A DNA stretch of 64,000 nt from Harriotta raleighana (Eukaryota): contig JBNZDD010013717.1 of the NCBI GenBank assembly GCA_050575255.1, forward strand, positions 2,683,351-2,747,350, written 5' to 3'. Each line of letters begins with the position of its first letter. Positions within the stretch are counted from its first letter, which is position 1. Position numbers and translations under genes: made by a program. This document shows, piece by piece, positions 22,747 to 36,456 of the stretch. The notes under the pieces were generated by a model that worked only from the letters and a program-made list of their open reading frames with translations, made no database searches and had not been told where the DNA came from.

Positions 22747-24494
22747 ATTTCCATCTTGCATTCTGTTGATGTTAATGTGTAAAGTTAGAAAACCGTTTTG
22801 TATTCTTCACTTGAATATCCAACATGTTAAAACATTTTATCAGTTTAATTTTATTTTCCTTTCCCCAAGAATGCCTAACATAGTATTTACCATCTCATCC
22901 CTCTTCTCTATATTGCAATAGTTTGAAATGTATCATTTTCAGCACCTGTAGCTAGATTGAAAGATAATCCTTGCATTTATATATAATATTTTACATCAGG
23001 AGGATACCTCAAAGTTCTCTGCATTCTTTTACTATGAAATGTAGAGTCTATGGAATTGGAGGCAAACAAGGTACAGTACTGCAAACAGCCAGGGTAAATG
23101 ACAAATTTTCTTTTGGGGAGAGGAATTGTTTCCAAGGTACCAGGGGAAAATTATCTTTTTGAGTATTGTCAAAAATTAGATTGGAAATGAGATTACATTT
23201 CATTTGAGTTGTTACCAATCTAGATTAATCAAAACCTGCATTGATAAAATAGTGAGAATTGCCACCAACTGTATGAAACCCTTTATATTAAATATTTATT
23301 AGCACAGATGAACAATGTGAATACAATTTTGTTTCAAGGAAATTTAAAGTTCTCTGGTCTTATAAATGTAGGTGCTGTTATTGATAAATGTCTTTGAATA
23401 TTTGCACTCCTTATTGTGATTCAATGACACCACAAAATCTGCGTAGATGATTGGAGAAGTGAGGTTTGGCTCTAGTACTTAATTAATTCACTATGGATAT
23501 GGTGAAGAGATAGAAAACGGAATTTAAAAAATCTGCCTTGATCTAAGAAAGTTGTGAAATTCATAAGAAGCTTATTCGTGCCTGTTAATTTGAACAGTTC
23601 CCACGATCACTATCTAAACTCTTACGAGAAGAATAGACACTTGGATAAAGTCATATTTATGGAGCATGTAGAATAATTTCCAGTTATTGTCTCATGTGGA
23701 ATCTTCTGAAAATAAAATTAATAACTGCTGTAATTAAGTATTACCTAAGGTGTTCAGAAACTATCCTGTGTGTGCTGACTTGACTCATTCAAAATTGCCA
23801 TTTGACTAACTAAATGTATAAAGTGCACACACTTCTCTCAATAAAATTAAGATCTTGGGGGGTATGTTAACTTTAAGTCTTCTCATTTAGGTTTAATCCT
23901 CAAAGGGTTAATTTTACTTGATGCGTTTTCAGGAATCTTCCCCCAAGGTGGAGACTCAGCACATCAAATAAATGGGGTGGGGGAGTCTTTATCATGTAAA
24001 AGCCTGAGAAAAAGCACAATTTTTTTTTAACAAGAGCTGCATAAAAATGAGTGCTGAAGGAATTGCTATGCATAACTAAAATAGACCTAAGTGGAATAAA
24101 TTACTTCCAAAAAGAAATCCAATAACTTTTTTAAAAATCCTTAACTCATGCATGGTTGATTTATGTTGCGTTGATATAGACCTACACCCTTCAGAATGCT
24201 CTACTGATAGCTAATCATAGTCCTTTAGTCCTTTCAAATGGCCTGAGTGACCTTTTCTCAGAATGCACTGTACCTGGTCTGTTCACTCAAAATATTGGAT
24301 TTTTTAAAGAATTATTGTCCATATTTTCTCAATCATGGAGTTGGTTTCATGTCAGACTATGCTACAATGGAATTCAATGAGATTCCTATCCTGACATTGG
24401 ATGTTTGTATGCACATTTTTCTTGTATTCCGAAGCTATGGACTTCTGTTTCGTTGATTGAATATAATGACAAAGCACTCTTATACAGGGGACAT

Positions 24495-24700
24495 AAATAA
24501 TAATCCCTCAAAAAAAACACAATAAGAAAATTGGTCATTTCAATCCACAACTGTTTGTGGGACACTGCCGTGCGTAATTGGCTGCCGTGTTTTGCCCATA
24601 AATACAGTCAATTCACTTTACAGTATATTCTATGAAGTGCCTCTAGAAGATGTGAAAAGTGCTGTATCAAATTCAAGGATGATTATACAGTATTATGATA
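24495..24700 (+). mobile_element. tRNA-derived SINE, 5' truncated
   Basis: aataataatccctcaaaaa...gtttgtgggacactgccgtgcgtaattggctgccg...aaggatgatta. Confidence 0.8.
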
Positions 24701-26079
24701 AGGCAAGGTAACTCTTGAGATATTTTATCAAGATTGAAGAGCCCCATCTTGTCTAATTGTTGCCAGCAAATGTAACTGGCATTGGTTTGCAAATCCAAGT
24801 AATTAATGTTTACAAGCTGTTTGAATGCACCCCCTGAGCTACCCCACTTAATACCTATCCCAATTTTGATCTACAGCTAGGTTCTGCTTCCTTTTTATCC
24901 ACTCCGAATCCATGTCTACATCTTTCCCTTGATGGGCAATGATATCAGGTTATTTTTCATAAAGTACGAGACATTGTACCATATGAGATACGAGATACCT
25001 TCAAGGACATTCCCCTAAAAATGTCTTCATACCCTCACAACTCCCTATCTCTGATTTTCTCTTACCCCATTTCTCTACTCACCACTTCTGTTTGGCTAAC
25101 CTGTTCTTGTAGGAAGTCCATGCCGCCTCTGCCCCTATAGTTCTATAACGTTTTCCCTCCACCTTTGCTTTAAAAACCTGCAATTTCGACTAACTACGTT
25201 CATCTCTTCCCATCTCACCCACATACTGTGATAGTTTGGCATCTCACCCAAAGTGTTCCAAGTCATTAATTTACATAAAGAGCACTATATTCCTTGCATT
25301 TGACATTTGTCTTAAGTTATTGTTATCTAAACGCGTTTTGGATGACTAGGTATGCTGCTATCTAGCTTCCCATTGTCAATTCAAAATGTCATCTAAACAA
25401 AATTAGTGAGGTTGGTCAGAAACCATCTACTGCCCCCTTGTCAGAGATCGCTGTAGATTTAGAGATAAAACGAGGAGAATTAAAATCCCAAAGTTGGGTA
25501 TGTTTTATGATGCAGGTGTTAAACATCTCAAAAAAAATCATCCAATACTTAACAGTTTGAAAATTGCTCACAAACACATAAAAGTTGGTTGCAGAGGTTT
25601 GCAAAGCAATCTGGAAAATCAGGTTTTTAAGATTGTGAAACTAAATATAGAAAATAATTGAAAACTTGAAGTTTAAAAATATACGTTGTTAAAATGAAGC
25701 GCAGGTGTTAATTGATCATTCTTGTCATGTTGAACAAAATTCCAACTTCTCTATAAATAGAAACTAGGAAAGGACGTGTGTAAATCTAACCTATCATTAC
25801 TGTGCCTTTTCAATCATCTTCCTAGTTAAGAATGTCAATTCTGTATAAAATTTGGTTGCGCCTTGCTATGATTAAATGGAATTCTACTTTATTTTTATCA
25901 TGTGACTGGTCTTTCAATTAAAAGTGATTGCTGTCTTAATAAGTATGGAATAACAACAATTTGCACCTGTAGTGGCACATACAATAATGTCTCAGAGCGC
26001 TGAATCAGAGTGGACTTGATATTCTTAAAACGATTCAGGCATTAATGAAACTTTCACCCACACATTTGTCAAATCAAGC

Positions 26080-26790
26080 CTTGACTGGAAACTCCCTCCT
26101 CGTCGGCCTTCATAAGATGCAGATCATCCAAAACTCTGCAGCTCGTGTCATCTCCTGCACCAGGCTCCGCGACCCCATCACTCCTACCCTCGCCCGGCTC
26201 CATTGGCTGCCCATCCACCAGAGGATCAAATTCAAGATCCTCGTCCGCACTTTCAAAGCCATCAACAGCCTTGCACCTTTCTATCTCTCCGAACCTGCTG
26301 ACTCCCTAGGAACCTGCCCGCCCCGTCCATTCAGCAGGCTTTGGTATGCTCCATGTCTCCTGCCCTACCATCGGTGGCCAGGCTTTTGGCCTCTCAGCCC
26401 CCACATTCTGGAACTCTATCCCAACATCCCTTTGACTCTCTTCCTCCTTTGCCTCCTTCAAGGCCGGTCTCAAGACCCTCCGTTTTTCGATCATGCCTTC
26501 TGCCACCCTCCCCCCTAACCCTCCCTGTGCTCAGATCATGACCCCTGACTGTCCAGCCTTGGGATGTCCTCCTGACGTGAAAGATGCTCCATAAATGTCA
26601 TTTTGTTGTTGTAATGATAATTTCTCAAAAACAATTGATTTCAATCCGCAAATGTTTGTGGGACACTGCTGTCTGTGTGCAATTGGCTGCTGTGTTTCGC
26701 CCATATATATATATGCAGTCAATCCACTTCACAGTATATTCTGTTAAGTTCTTTGAGATGTCAAATGCAAGGATTATTATTATAATGATG
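26080..26790 (+). mobile_element. L2 3' fragment (to about 26612) directly followed by a 5'-truncated SINE
   Basis: LHKMQIIQNSAARVISCTRLRDPITPTLARLHWLPIHQRIKFKIL (L2 ORF2), (TTG)n tail, then SINE body with (ATT)n tail. Confidence 0.88.
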
Positions 26791-29419
26791 TACTGTACAG
26801 TATTAAGTGTTTGCACCACATCTCAGTTGGTGTTTCATATTAGACAGAATGTTTCAATTGCTTCCTCATTTCAGGAAAGAGAAGTATTTCTGTCATTTGA
26901 GATGCTGAATTCATTGATTACTTTTTCATCTGTTGAATGCTACATTGTATTCAATTTTCAAACTTCTCACGTGTGTATCAGTAATATTTGAATGGTCATT
27001 TATTGTTATTAATGCAATTTTTATCCTGGTTTATGACCAAAAAATAGTTTATTGATTCTGCAAAACATTTAACAATACAATGTTTATGAACCGGGTTACA
27101 GTATTATACTGACTTGTATCAAATGTAGAAATCAGAACCTCCTTGTATCTATTTTATTTTTAAAAGATCTGTTTTCTAGTGCTTTACTTTCTACCACCGC
27201 CATGTAAATAACAATCTTTGTGTTTGAAACAGTATTTGCAGCAAAACCGATGGTTCAGAGTAGGAGAGCTCACTTTTGTGAAGAAAAAATATAAAGGAAT
27301 TATTTTCCCACATATCTTAGTATAAAGTACTGGCTGAGATGTATGAAGCTTATCCAGTTGATGTGTATGGAAAATCTATCACGACACCCACAAATTATAG
27401 CATAATATGTATTGATTATTGGTTTAGTTCAGATCTCATTCTATTTAATTACTGACTCGAGATATATCTGATTGACCCTTTGATTCCCATTCCTATCTTG
27501 GGTTCCCAACCAAATAGTATCAAGCATTTTGAGATTTCATCCTGACATAAAAGGAGCTGTAAAATGTAAATTGTATTGTTATTCCATTATATGATCCTAT
27601 GAATCTTGTTGAATTTCCAAATGTTGACAATATTTTCATATAGGTCACATGTAGAAATTACACAAATTTTTATCTGAGAACAAATTCAATTCTTTGTTCA
27701 GTGCGTGCCACTGAAACTTGAAATCACTGTTTCACACTTCTCCAAAGCTTCATTTTTTTCTCCATTCTCTCCAATTTCCATTCCTACTCTCTTAACACTG
27801 CTAACATGCTGGATACATTACCATGGGTGCTTAAGGAAGCTTTGCCTTGTGGCTATTTTTCATGTGTGTTACATATTATTTGTCAGCAGGCTATTGGAGG
27901 GGATGGGGTGGGTTAGGGGTGGTGGGGGAGGAGAAAGACCAATAATTTTTGAGCCTCAGCCTGGCTTTGACCTCTACCTGCACAACTTAAGTTTTACATT
28001 CTTCCACAAAACATAGTCACTATACTTTACAGAATATCTGGTAATGCACTTTACGATACCCTCCAGACATTTTTGAAATCAGCTGGTGTCTGATACATGC
28101 TGAAACCCACCACCATTTTTAAGACCAAACAGAATTCCATGCTTCTCATCCGCAGATATTTGTTGGAATGGAGTACACAATCTACCTTGGAGGGATGACA
28201 CATCCTGCTAACCTAATTGCAAAAAAAAGTATTAAGAGAAGGTTGGCTGAGGTAAGAATCAGGAGAAGAACCATGGTTGGGGACACCAGAGTGTGCATTG
28301 GGTCCTCTTGAATAAAGAGCTAAAGCTGTATAGCTTGCCATGGATAGCACTGTCTGGCAAGCTTTCCGCTCCCTATCCTGCTAATGAAATGTGTATAACA
28401 AATGTAAAGCTGATTATTATTGTTATAGACTTTCCAACAGGGATAGCTATCAAGAATGGAAATAAGAATTGACATTTGCTTTCCATGTGCTCAACCCAAT
28501 TGTTCGTGCAACACTACAGCCCTGATCAATCCTCTCCACCATCAGTCATCACTAGCCCTCTGGAGCATCATTCCAGAGTCTTTCCCCTTTCCATTCCTTA
28601 ACCTGCCCAGCTAGGTTCTCCAGTCAGTTGACAGAAGCGATATATGTAAATGAAAATTGTTTTTCACATAGGAAATAATCTCAAAGAGCCTCTTTGATGA
28701 GGAGTGGTGGCCTGGGTGAGAGGCAAGGAATGGTTAGGAGGCAATGGTAGTCAAAGGCACAAAGAGATTTTAGATGATATTAGATGGCTTTTGATAGCAG
28801 AAGAAGAGATGCAAAGTAAATGATTAAGGGAGACAATTACAGAGCCTAGTTTCAATTCAATATAAAAAGGTTTTGACTACTTTCAAACTCATACATTTAA
28901 GAAACAACTGACTTTTTTTTCACCTTCCAAATTTGGGCTAACATTGCCTGTCAATGTTATTAACAACAACAAAATTACATTTGTTAGTGCCTTTCACGTC
29001 GGGAGGACATCCTAAGGCGCTGAAATTAATGTGTATAGAGACATAATTGATCTAGGAATATGTGGTTGGAAGGATCAATGTTTGATATAGTGCAGCTGGA
29101 CATAGTTACCCCACCAGAAAGATGCCTAACATATTTCCTGCTGCTCTAAATAATTTTTGAGCAGCTGATGAAACAGATAAGAATTCACTTGAGTTCCAAC
29201 ACAAACAGGTACCAGACTGGGATCTTCCAAGCAATTGCTTGTTTTCTATTCAAAACAAATCCTTTATGCAAATCCTTTGGTGGCCAGTTGGGTGTTTGAT
29301 CCACAAGAAATACAGCATGGTGCTTCATCAATTGAGTTTAGATCCCCAGATGGGTAAATGGTGCTCTGGTCTACAGTACTGGTCAGCGTGACATAAGGAA
29401 GCTGTCCCTAGCCCAAGAT

Positions 29420-30060
29420 GTACTGAGGAAGAGAACAATGGGGGTGACCTCAGCGTTGGAGGAATGAGCTTTGATCCATTGATTAGACACCCTAAGGCTC
29501 TTTGGTTTTGAAAGAAGACCACCTAGAAGAAAGAGATCTGTATAAAATTTAGAAGTCAAACTTTAGAGGTGTGTACGATTTTAAATGGGTTTGAAAAAGT
29601 AAACCCAGAATAATACTTTAGGACCCAGCATGACTGTAGAACATGAGGACATACATTTAGAGTTGCAAACGGTAATTTCAGGAAAAAAAACAGGAAATTT
29701 ATTTTCATGCAGAGTATAATTAATGACTGGTAAAGTTCGTCAGGAATGTTGGTTGAAGCCAGGACACATGCTTTACGTCCCCCACCTCGCCCGACCTACC
29801 ATTGGTGGGTGGTACTTCAACCTCACTGCTCCCACCCTCTGGAACTCCATCCCACAGTCCCTCATCTTCGCTCCCTCCATTACTTCTTTCAAAACCCATC
29901 TCAAGACCTCTTCTCCTCGATCACCCTCCTAAACCTACCTTCCCTCCCCTTCACCCCTTCTGATCCCAACCACCAGCTCGGGTGTAGATCCCTAACCATA
30001 TAGCACATTATGACGTCCTCTTGGCATGAAAGGCTATACAAATGTGATTGTTATTGAGTT
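29420..30060 (+). mobile_element. Old CR1 fragment (about 29420-29740) followed by an L2 3' fragment (about 29770-30060)
   Basis: CR1-like gagatctgtataaa...gtgtacgattttaaatgggtttgaaaaagtaaac; L2 RPTIGGWYFNLTAPTLWNSIPQSL. Confidence 0.65.
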
Positions 30061-30457
30061 TTTTATAAAGATTGATATTCTACAAGATGGTTTTTTGCTT
30101 TGACCTTAGAAAGTCATTTTCAGGATTTATACAAAGTCATATTGGTATTATTGATAGCTACACGTACTGAAAATTCTCAGGAACAACACTTTATTCTTTA
30201 TCTTGCTCACTATGTCATATATAGTATAGATCTTCACTTTTTCATTTTTATAATTCTGGACTTACCTTTACTCTCCAAAAACACAATGAGACATCCAGCA
30301 AATCTTATTGTTTGATTTCTGTTTGTTGAGAAAATGGATTTCATTCTGTAGTGCCAACTTATGCTGCATATGTGGACAAAAAGCTACATTTTGATCCTTT
30401 TGATTTTGTTGCTGATTTTGTTCATTTTGATGCTGTCTTGTCAGTGTTTTAGAAATA

Positions 30458-31813
30458 CAGTTAACCCTTGTCGATCGCGGGGGTTACGTTCCTGGAAAAC
30501 TGAGCACTCAATAAAATCTCGTTGGGTAAGCTTAACAAGTAATGGGAAAAGGTGGTTATGGGGAATCCAGTTGCAGGCCACCCACCTCAAGCGTCCAGGC
30601 ATATCCGACGAATGTAAGGNGAAAACTGAGCACTCAATAAAATCTCGTTGGGTAAGCTTAACAAGTAATGCAAAAAGGTGGTTTAGGGGAATCCAGTTGC
30701 AGGCCACCCACCTCAAGCGTCCAGGCACATCCGACGAATGTAAGATACGTACTGAGGCGGGCTACAGGCTGGCCCGCACCTCGTTCTGCTCCCCTTCTCC
30801 CCTCTCCTGTTGCTCTCCCCCCCCGCCACCTCCTGCTCTCGTCTCCTCTGCCACCCGGGAAGTGGAGAAATCAGGGGAAGCCCGGGAGGGAGGCAGAGAG
30901 AAACCAGGGGAGGGGCGGGGAGAGCAGAGAGCCGCTCAGGGGTGGGTTGGGGGCAAAGAGCCGCTCGGGGGCAGGTGAGGTGCAAAGAGCCACAGGAGGT
31001 CGGGACGGGAGACGGGTTGGCTGGCCAGCTCTGGCTTTGTTGTCGCTTTATTGCTATGAAACGATAACAAAGCAATAAAGCAATAATNCGCACCTCGTTC
31101 TGCTCCCCTTCTCCCCTCTCCTGTTGCTCTCCCCCCCCCCCCCCTCCTGCTCTCGTCTCCTCTGCCACCCGGGAAGTGGAGAAATCAGGGGAAGCCCGGG
31201 AGGGAGGCAGAGAGAAACCAGGGGAGGGGCGGGGAGAGCAGAGAGCCGCTCAGGGGTGGGTTGGGGGCAAAGAGCCGCTCGGGGGCAGGTGAGGTGCAAA
31301 GAGCCACAGGAGGTCGGGACGGGAGACGGGTTGGCTGGCCAGCTCTGGCTTTGTTGTCGCTTTATTGCTATGAAACGATAACAAAGCAATAAAGCAATAA
31401 TAAAAAGCAATAAAGCAATAAAACCACAGCTAGGCTAAATTACTGTAGGAGACTCTCTCTCTCTGTCTCTTCTGTTTACCATGCAATGCCATCAAGATGC
31501 TCCGAGGCCGAAGAGTTATCAAAAACTTATCCAAGGATGCATTGCACGTGGGGCAAGCCAGCGGAGGCATCATCGGCTTTTGTCGGCATCTGCCGGCCTC
31601 ATCAAAAGTACGCATGCATGTGGGTCCAGCCAGCTGAGGAATCATCGGATTTAGTCGGGGTCTGTCGGCGTCTTCACACGTGTGCATGTGCGCGGGACCA
31701 GCCAGCGTGTATACACAAGTTTTACATGTGCTGCATAAAAAAGTAATGCTTTTGTTTCATTGCATATACTTGAATTCACAATCGATAAAGTCGCGTTCGA
31801 CAAGGGTTAACTG
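30458..31813. mobile_element. pogo/Tigger-like DNA transposon derivative with GC-rich interior
   Basis: TA-CAGTTAACCCTTGTCGA ... TCGACAAGGGTTAACTG (17-bp perfect TIR; right flank is TG). Internal duplications at n30620 and n31088 are probably assembly overlaps. No transposase recognised. Confidence 0.8.
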
Positions 31814-32092
31814 TGTTACAAACCATTCCGTTCTCTCTAAAGTCAGACAAGAAATTTAGGAAATCTTCAGGTTTGAAACATTATGGGTAGCTGAAAATTA
31901 CTTTTCATCTTAGAACATATTAAACACCAAACTGATGTGTTTCACTTAATCCTGAAGATTTTTTTTACGCATCTTCTGTCAATTATACATCATGCCAAGT
32001 TATCCCAAGGATCCAATATCTACAATCAGCACATGTATTTTTCCCTTTGCATTTCACAGAAAATAGATACATTCATTCCTTTTTTGAACTAT

Positions 32093-32414
32093 TAATAACA
32101 ATAATAATCCTTACATTTCCTTTGGAACCTTTCATGTCTTCTAGACATCTCAAAGCTCTTCACAGAATATACTGGAAAGTGAATTGACTGTATATCTGTG
32201 GGTATAATGCGGCAGCTATTTACGCACACCACAATAAACAATCATGGATTGAAATGACCAATTTATTATAGGTTTTTTTTTGGACGGGTTATTATTAGGT
32301 GTGTGGAGTAAGGAAACATGCTCACTTGAGTAAGGTTTCACCCTGCCTGGTTTCGAAACACAGGTCTCACATATATAAGGCGACTGCTCTAACCAGTGCG
32401 CTATAAGATTCCAC
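32093..32414 (-). mobile_element. Full-length tRNA-derived SINE (short family)
   Basis: Reverse copy, with head ...ctctaaccagtgcgctataagattcca and (AAT)n tail. Confidence 0.85.
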
Positions 32415-35400
32415 AAATAATATCAATGTTCTTCTGCAACACTTTAGATTATAATAACTACAGTAATGTTAATAAATCGGGAGTGAAGTTAAAATGATAC
32501 AGAGGTTTGATTTTTGAACACCGCTTCATTGTCAACTGTGTGAAAATTATAGTTCAATTATTGTGAGCTCACAATACATAGTGATTGGCTTTCATTTAAA
32601 TGAAGGAAAATTGTAAAAAAAAAACACAGTTTACCACTTGAACTTCATACTTTATTGTTCATTTTATTGGAAGCCCTGCCGTGCTGTAATATAAAATGTG
32701 AGTGTTCTTTAGTGTTACAATCTGCCATTAGATGGAGGAGAAAGAAGCAGTTGATGAGCTATTGGTACGTGAATAAATCACTTTTAAAGTAGATCACAGA
32801 GAGTCAGCAGTGCTCATCAAACATTTTGTTTGGGAGTGGTGGGTGTGGATGGGAAGAAAGGTGACCAAAAGCACGGTCAAAAAGGAAGATATTAAGACAA
32901 ATGGGAAGGAACATACTAATAACAGTTGTTTTATATCCATTTCCTACTGCTCTTAATAAGATTATTTTGCAGTATAATCCAGTTTGATACATGTGCTAAT
33001 GTATTGCCTGTGGTGATTATATTATTTCAATAAATTCTTTGCTTTTGATGGAGAACTTACTTAATCACCAATTTCACTTCCTGGAATAAATTTACCTAAT
33101 AAATAACATTAGAAATTATTTACTTTGCCCAGATTTGCAAAACAGCCCCAACTAAAATGAGTTATAAAACTTGCCTGAACATTTTCAATTAATTCAGTAA
33201 TGTCTTGTGATCTTTAACTTTGTTAGTTTTCAGTTGGTATCAGAATTTGGCCCTGTTACTGAATTCACTGAGAATGGCTATTCCAATGGAATATGGAAAA
33301 AAAGGTCAGCAATGGGACCAAATGCAACAACAATTTATAGATATATTCAGTATGTGGGCTTAGGGTCTTTCATGCTTTATAGTACAATCTATTATGATTG
33401 AATAAAATAGTAGCTGCTCAATGATATGAATGTCTTCCACTGTTCAGCACCTTGGGACAGTGCTCCTGATGTGAAAGCCACTCTACAAATGTAATTTAGT
33501 GTTGTTGTTTTGATAATCTTCATGGAGAATAGTTTGTCTCTGACAGTATACCTTACTTGCTTAGTCTATTCTGCAGAACCTTCTGGGTCCTGAGGTAGTA
33601 CAATCTCATTCCTGACTCTGAGAAAACGTATTCCTCTAAGAATGAGTCTGGGATTACCATCACCTCTGAGTGAGATTGGGAGCTAAAGATTTCATGGTCC
33701 ATCCAAGATCTCACTCCTTGCACCAGATATATTGCTCTGGGAAAACATAAGACAATGTGGCTGAATGTGAAAGAATATTCTAGCACCAGTACAGATAGGA
33801 ACAGCTGAACAGCCTCCTTCTATGATGAAAACATTCTATGCAATGATTTGTAATAACTTAATAATTGCCTTTCTGGGAAGATCCACTCCAAAATTCTAAC
33901 CCAATTGTCCCTTAAAGCTATTGACAAAGGTGTATGATATTAATGTTAGAGTTAGTTCGGTAAATGTGAATCCAAAAAATCACTTCTTCAACGCAGAGGG
34001 AAATGAGAACACAGAATGCACTTCCCTGGAGGGTTATAGATGTGGAAATCTATCAAGGTATTTAGGATGAAGATAAATACTTGGGAAGTAACACAGGAAA
34101 TGTTTGTAGAAAACACATAGAAATAGGGTTAGAAAGGTAAAGAGCTACCAGACTTTAACAAAATAGAGTAGAAGGCGTAATAGAATGCATGACCTTTTTG
34201 TCATAAGTGTCATTAATTGGCCGAGGCATGTTCACTGCTGTACATCCTTATAAGCCCTTACCATATCATGGAAACATAATGCACAATGATTTAATCTCTT
34301 TTGTATATGTAAATTGATGCTTTTACAAATTATTACTCCTTTCTGTACTTTTGTGAGGAACCATTGATGGAATGCAATGAAAACAGTTTGGAGCCCTCAA
34401 TATCATTGCATTGCTGCACTGGCATTGCCAGGAACATTGAATTTCAATTCATTGTAAAGGCAGTTGTTTGTCATGTTTGTATTAAAAAGACATTTTCACG
34501 ACAGTAGAGCATTTTAAGGCAGCCTAAAACAATTGATGCATAACCTTTCTCAAAATACTTCCATTTTAACTCCGTCGTGTTCCTAACATGTCACAATATA
34601 TCACAGATGGTTATAAAGAACAGCTCTTACTCCCACTGATGAACAACAGACATTACTGCTGGTCAGTGACTGTGTTAAAAGATATGATTGGATTTCCGCA
34701 CATACACTCACACACCTCCAAAATGCATCCCCATTGATTTATGTTCCACATATAATCTAAATGTCATCTCCTCGAAAAATTATACAATATTCTAAAAAAT
34801 ATGCCAAATTATTTGTATGAAATATTGCACCCTTAAAACCAACAAGATTGTGACTTCAAGGGCGAGACCACTAAAATTGGCAATAACAGTAACCCAATTG
34901 TGGCTCTAAATCTAGAAATGTATGATTCCATTATACAAGTTTTGCTTCACCAATTGCAGCTTCCCCAAGCTCACTCATTTATCTGAACTGTATGCAAGTT
35001 CGCAGGAGGCTGAGAGGTGACATGTGATCAATCAGATGACCTTTATTGAACATCAATGAACTGGTGTCTGTAATTTCATGCACTTTGAGGTTTCTGCACA
35101 AAAGTTGCTTAACAGTCAGAATAGTGATTCAGGTCTTCACAAAACACATTCATTAATACATTGATCTTATGTTCATGGTCAGCTTGGTCGATAACACACT
35201 TTTATCAATGACTGCATGACAATACACTTTGAAAAAAAATCTGCCAAGATAAATAGGCAAGTCAAATATTTACCTAATGGATTATCTAACCAGAAGTTCA
35301 ATACTAAATAGAGTGTAGATCAACAGAGTGTGCATCGATGTCCATCAAACAGGTATAGTACTATGTCATGACCCTAAAAGAAAATGATTAGAATGGCATA

Positions 35401-35496
35401 TATGCATGATTAACTACAGCACTGAAGAAGAAAGGATTAAAATTTCACATTGTCCCTTTGAATTTTTACATGGCTATTGTAAAGGTGTCAGGCAAC

Positions 35497-36450
35497 CATA
35501 GAATCACAGAATCTTATGGCACAAAAGGAGGTCATTCAGCCCATCGAGTCTGTGCCAGCTTTTCAAAAAGAGCAATTTAATCCCACTCTCCAGCTCTCTT
35601 GCCATAACCTCGCAAACCCGTCCTCCCCAAATAAAGGTCCACCTCCCTTTTAAAAGTTGTAATCGAATTGACCTCCACCACCTTTTCAGACAATCCATTC
35701 CAGATCCAAACAACTCGCTGAGTGAAAACATTTCTCCTCACCTCCACTCTGCTTCTTTTTGAAACTATTTTAAATCTGTGACCTCGGGTCACTGATACAC
35801 CCACCAGTGGAAACAGTTTTTCTCTGTCAAATCCCCTCATGACCTTAAAAACCTTTATTAGATCTCCTTGCAACCTTCTCTGTTCCAATGAGAATAAACC
35901 TAGCCTCTCTAGCCTTTCTTCATAGCTGTAGTCCCTCAATCCAGGTACCAGCCTTGTAAATCTCCTCTGCACCCTTTCCAATGCCTTAACATCCTTCCTA
36001 AAGTGTGGTGAGCAGAATGTTACACAGTATTCTAGCTGAAGCCTAACCAAAGTTTATAGGGTTTAGTCAGGAAATCATGACTTTTGTACTCTATGACCCT
36101 ATTGATAAAGCCGAGTATCCCATATCTTTTTTGACAGCCTTGTCTATCTTGTCCTGTCACTTTCAAAGAATCACTCACACAAACCCCCAGGTCTCTCTGT
36201 TCCTTCACACCCCTTAAAATTGTATTACCTAGCCTATATTGCCTCCCCTCATTTCTACTCCCAAAATGCATCAACTCACATTTCTCTACATTAAACTTTA
36301 TCTGCCACGTGTCTTCCCATTTTACTATTTGGACTATATCTTGCAGATGACTACTATCCTCCTCACTAATTACTATTTTTCCTAACTTTGTGTCACCTGC
36401 AAACTTCGAAATGGTACTCCCTATACCCAAATCCAGTTTATTAATATAAA
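35497..36450 (-). mobile_element. CR1 LINE, 5'-truncated (RT C-terminal region and 3' end)
   Basis: ISKFAGDTKLG (FADD-like), WQIKFNVEKC, LEYCVTFCSPHFRKDVKALERVQRRFTRLVPGLRDYSYEERLERLGLFSLEQRRLQGDLI; ATTCTRTG-type tail; frameshifted. Confidence 0.95.
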
Positions 36451-36456
36451 TCGATC

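Noticed and set aside
30495-31400. Near-perfect tandem duplications joined by a single n (also at 2262, 7167, 9256, 10152, 48190, 51009, 51315, 52085, 52233)
   Set aside because: The pattern indicates unmerged contig or haplotype overlaps in a draft assembly, not biological repeats.
35577-36430. Reverse-transcriptase-like ORFs as a possible novel RT system
   Set aside because: Ordinary frameshifted, 5'-truncated CR1 LINE.
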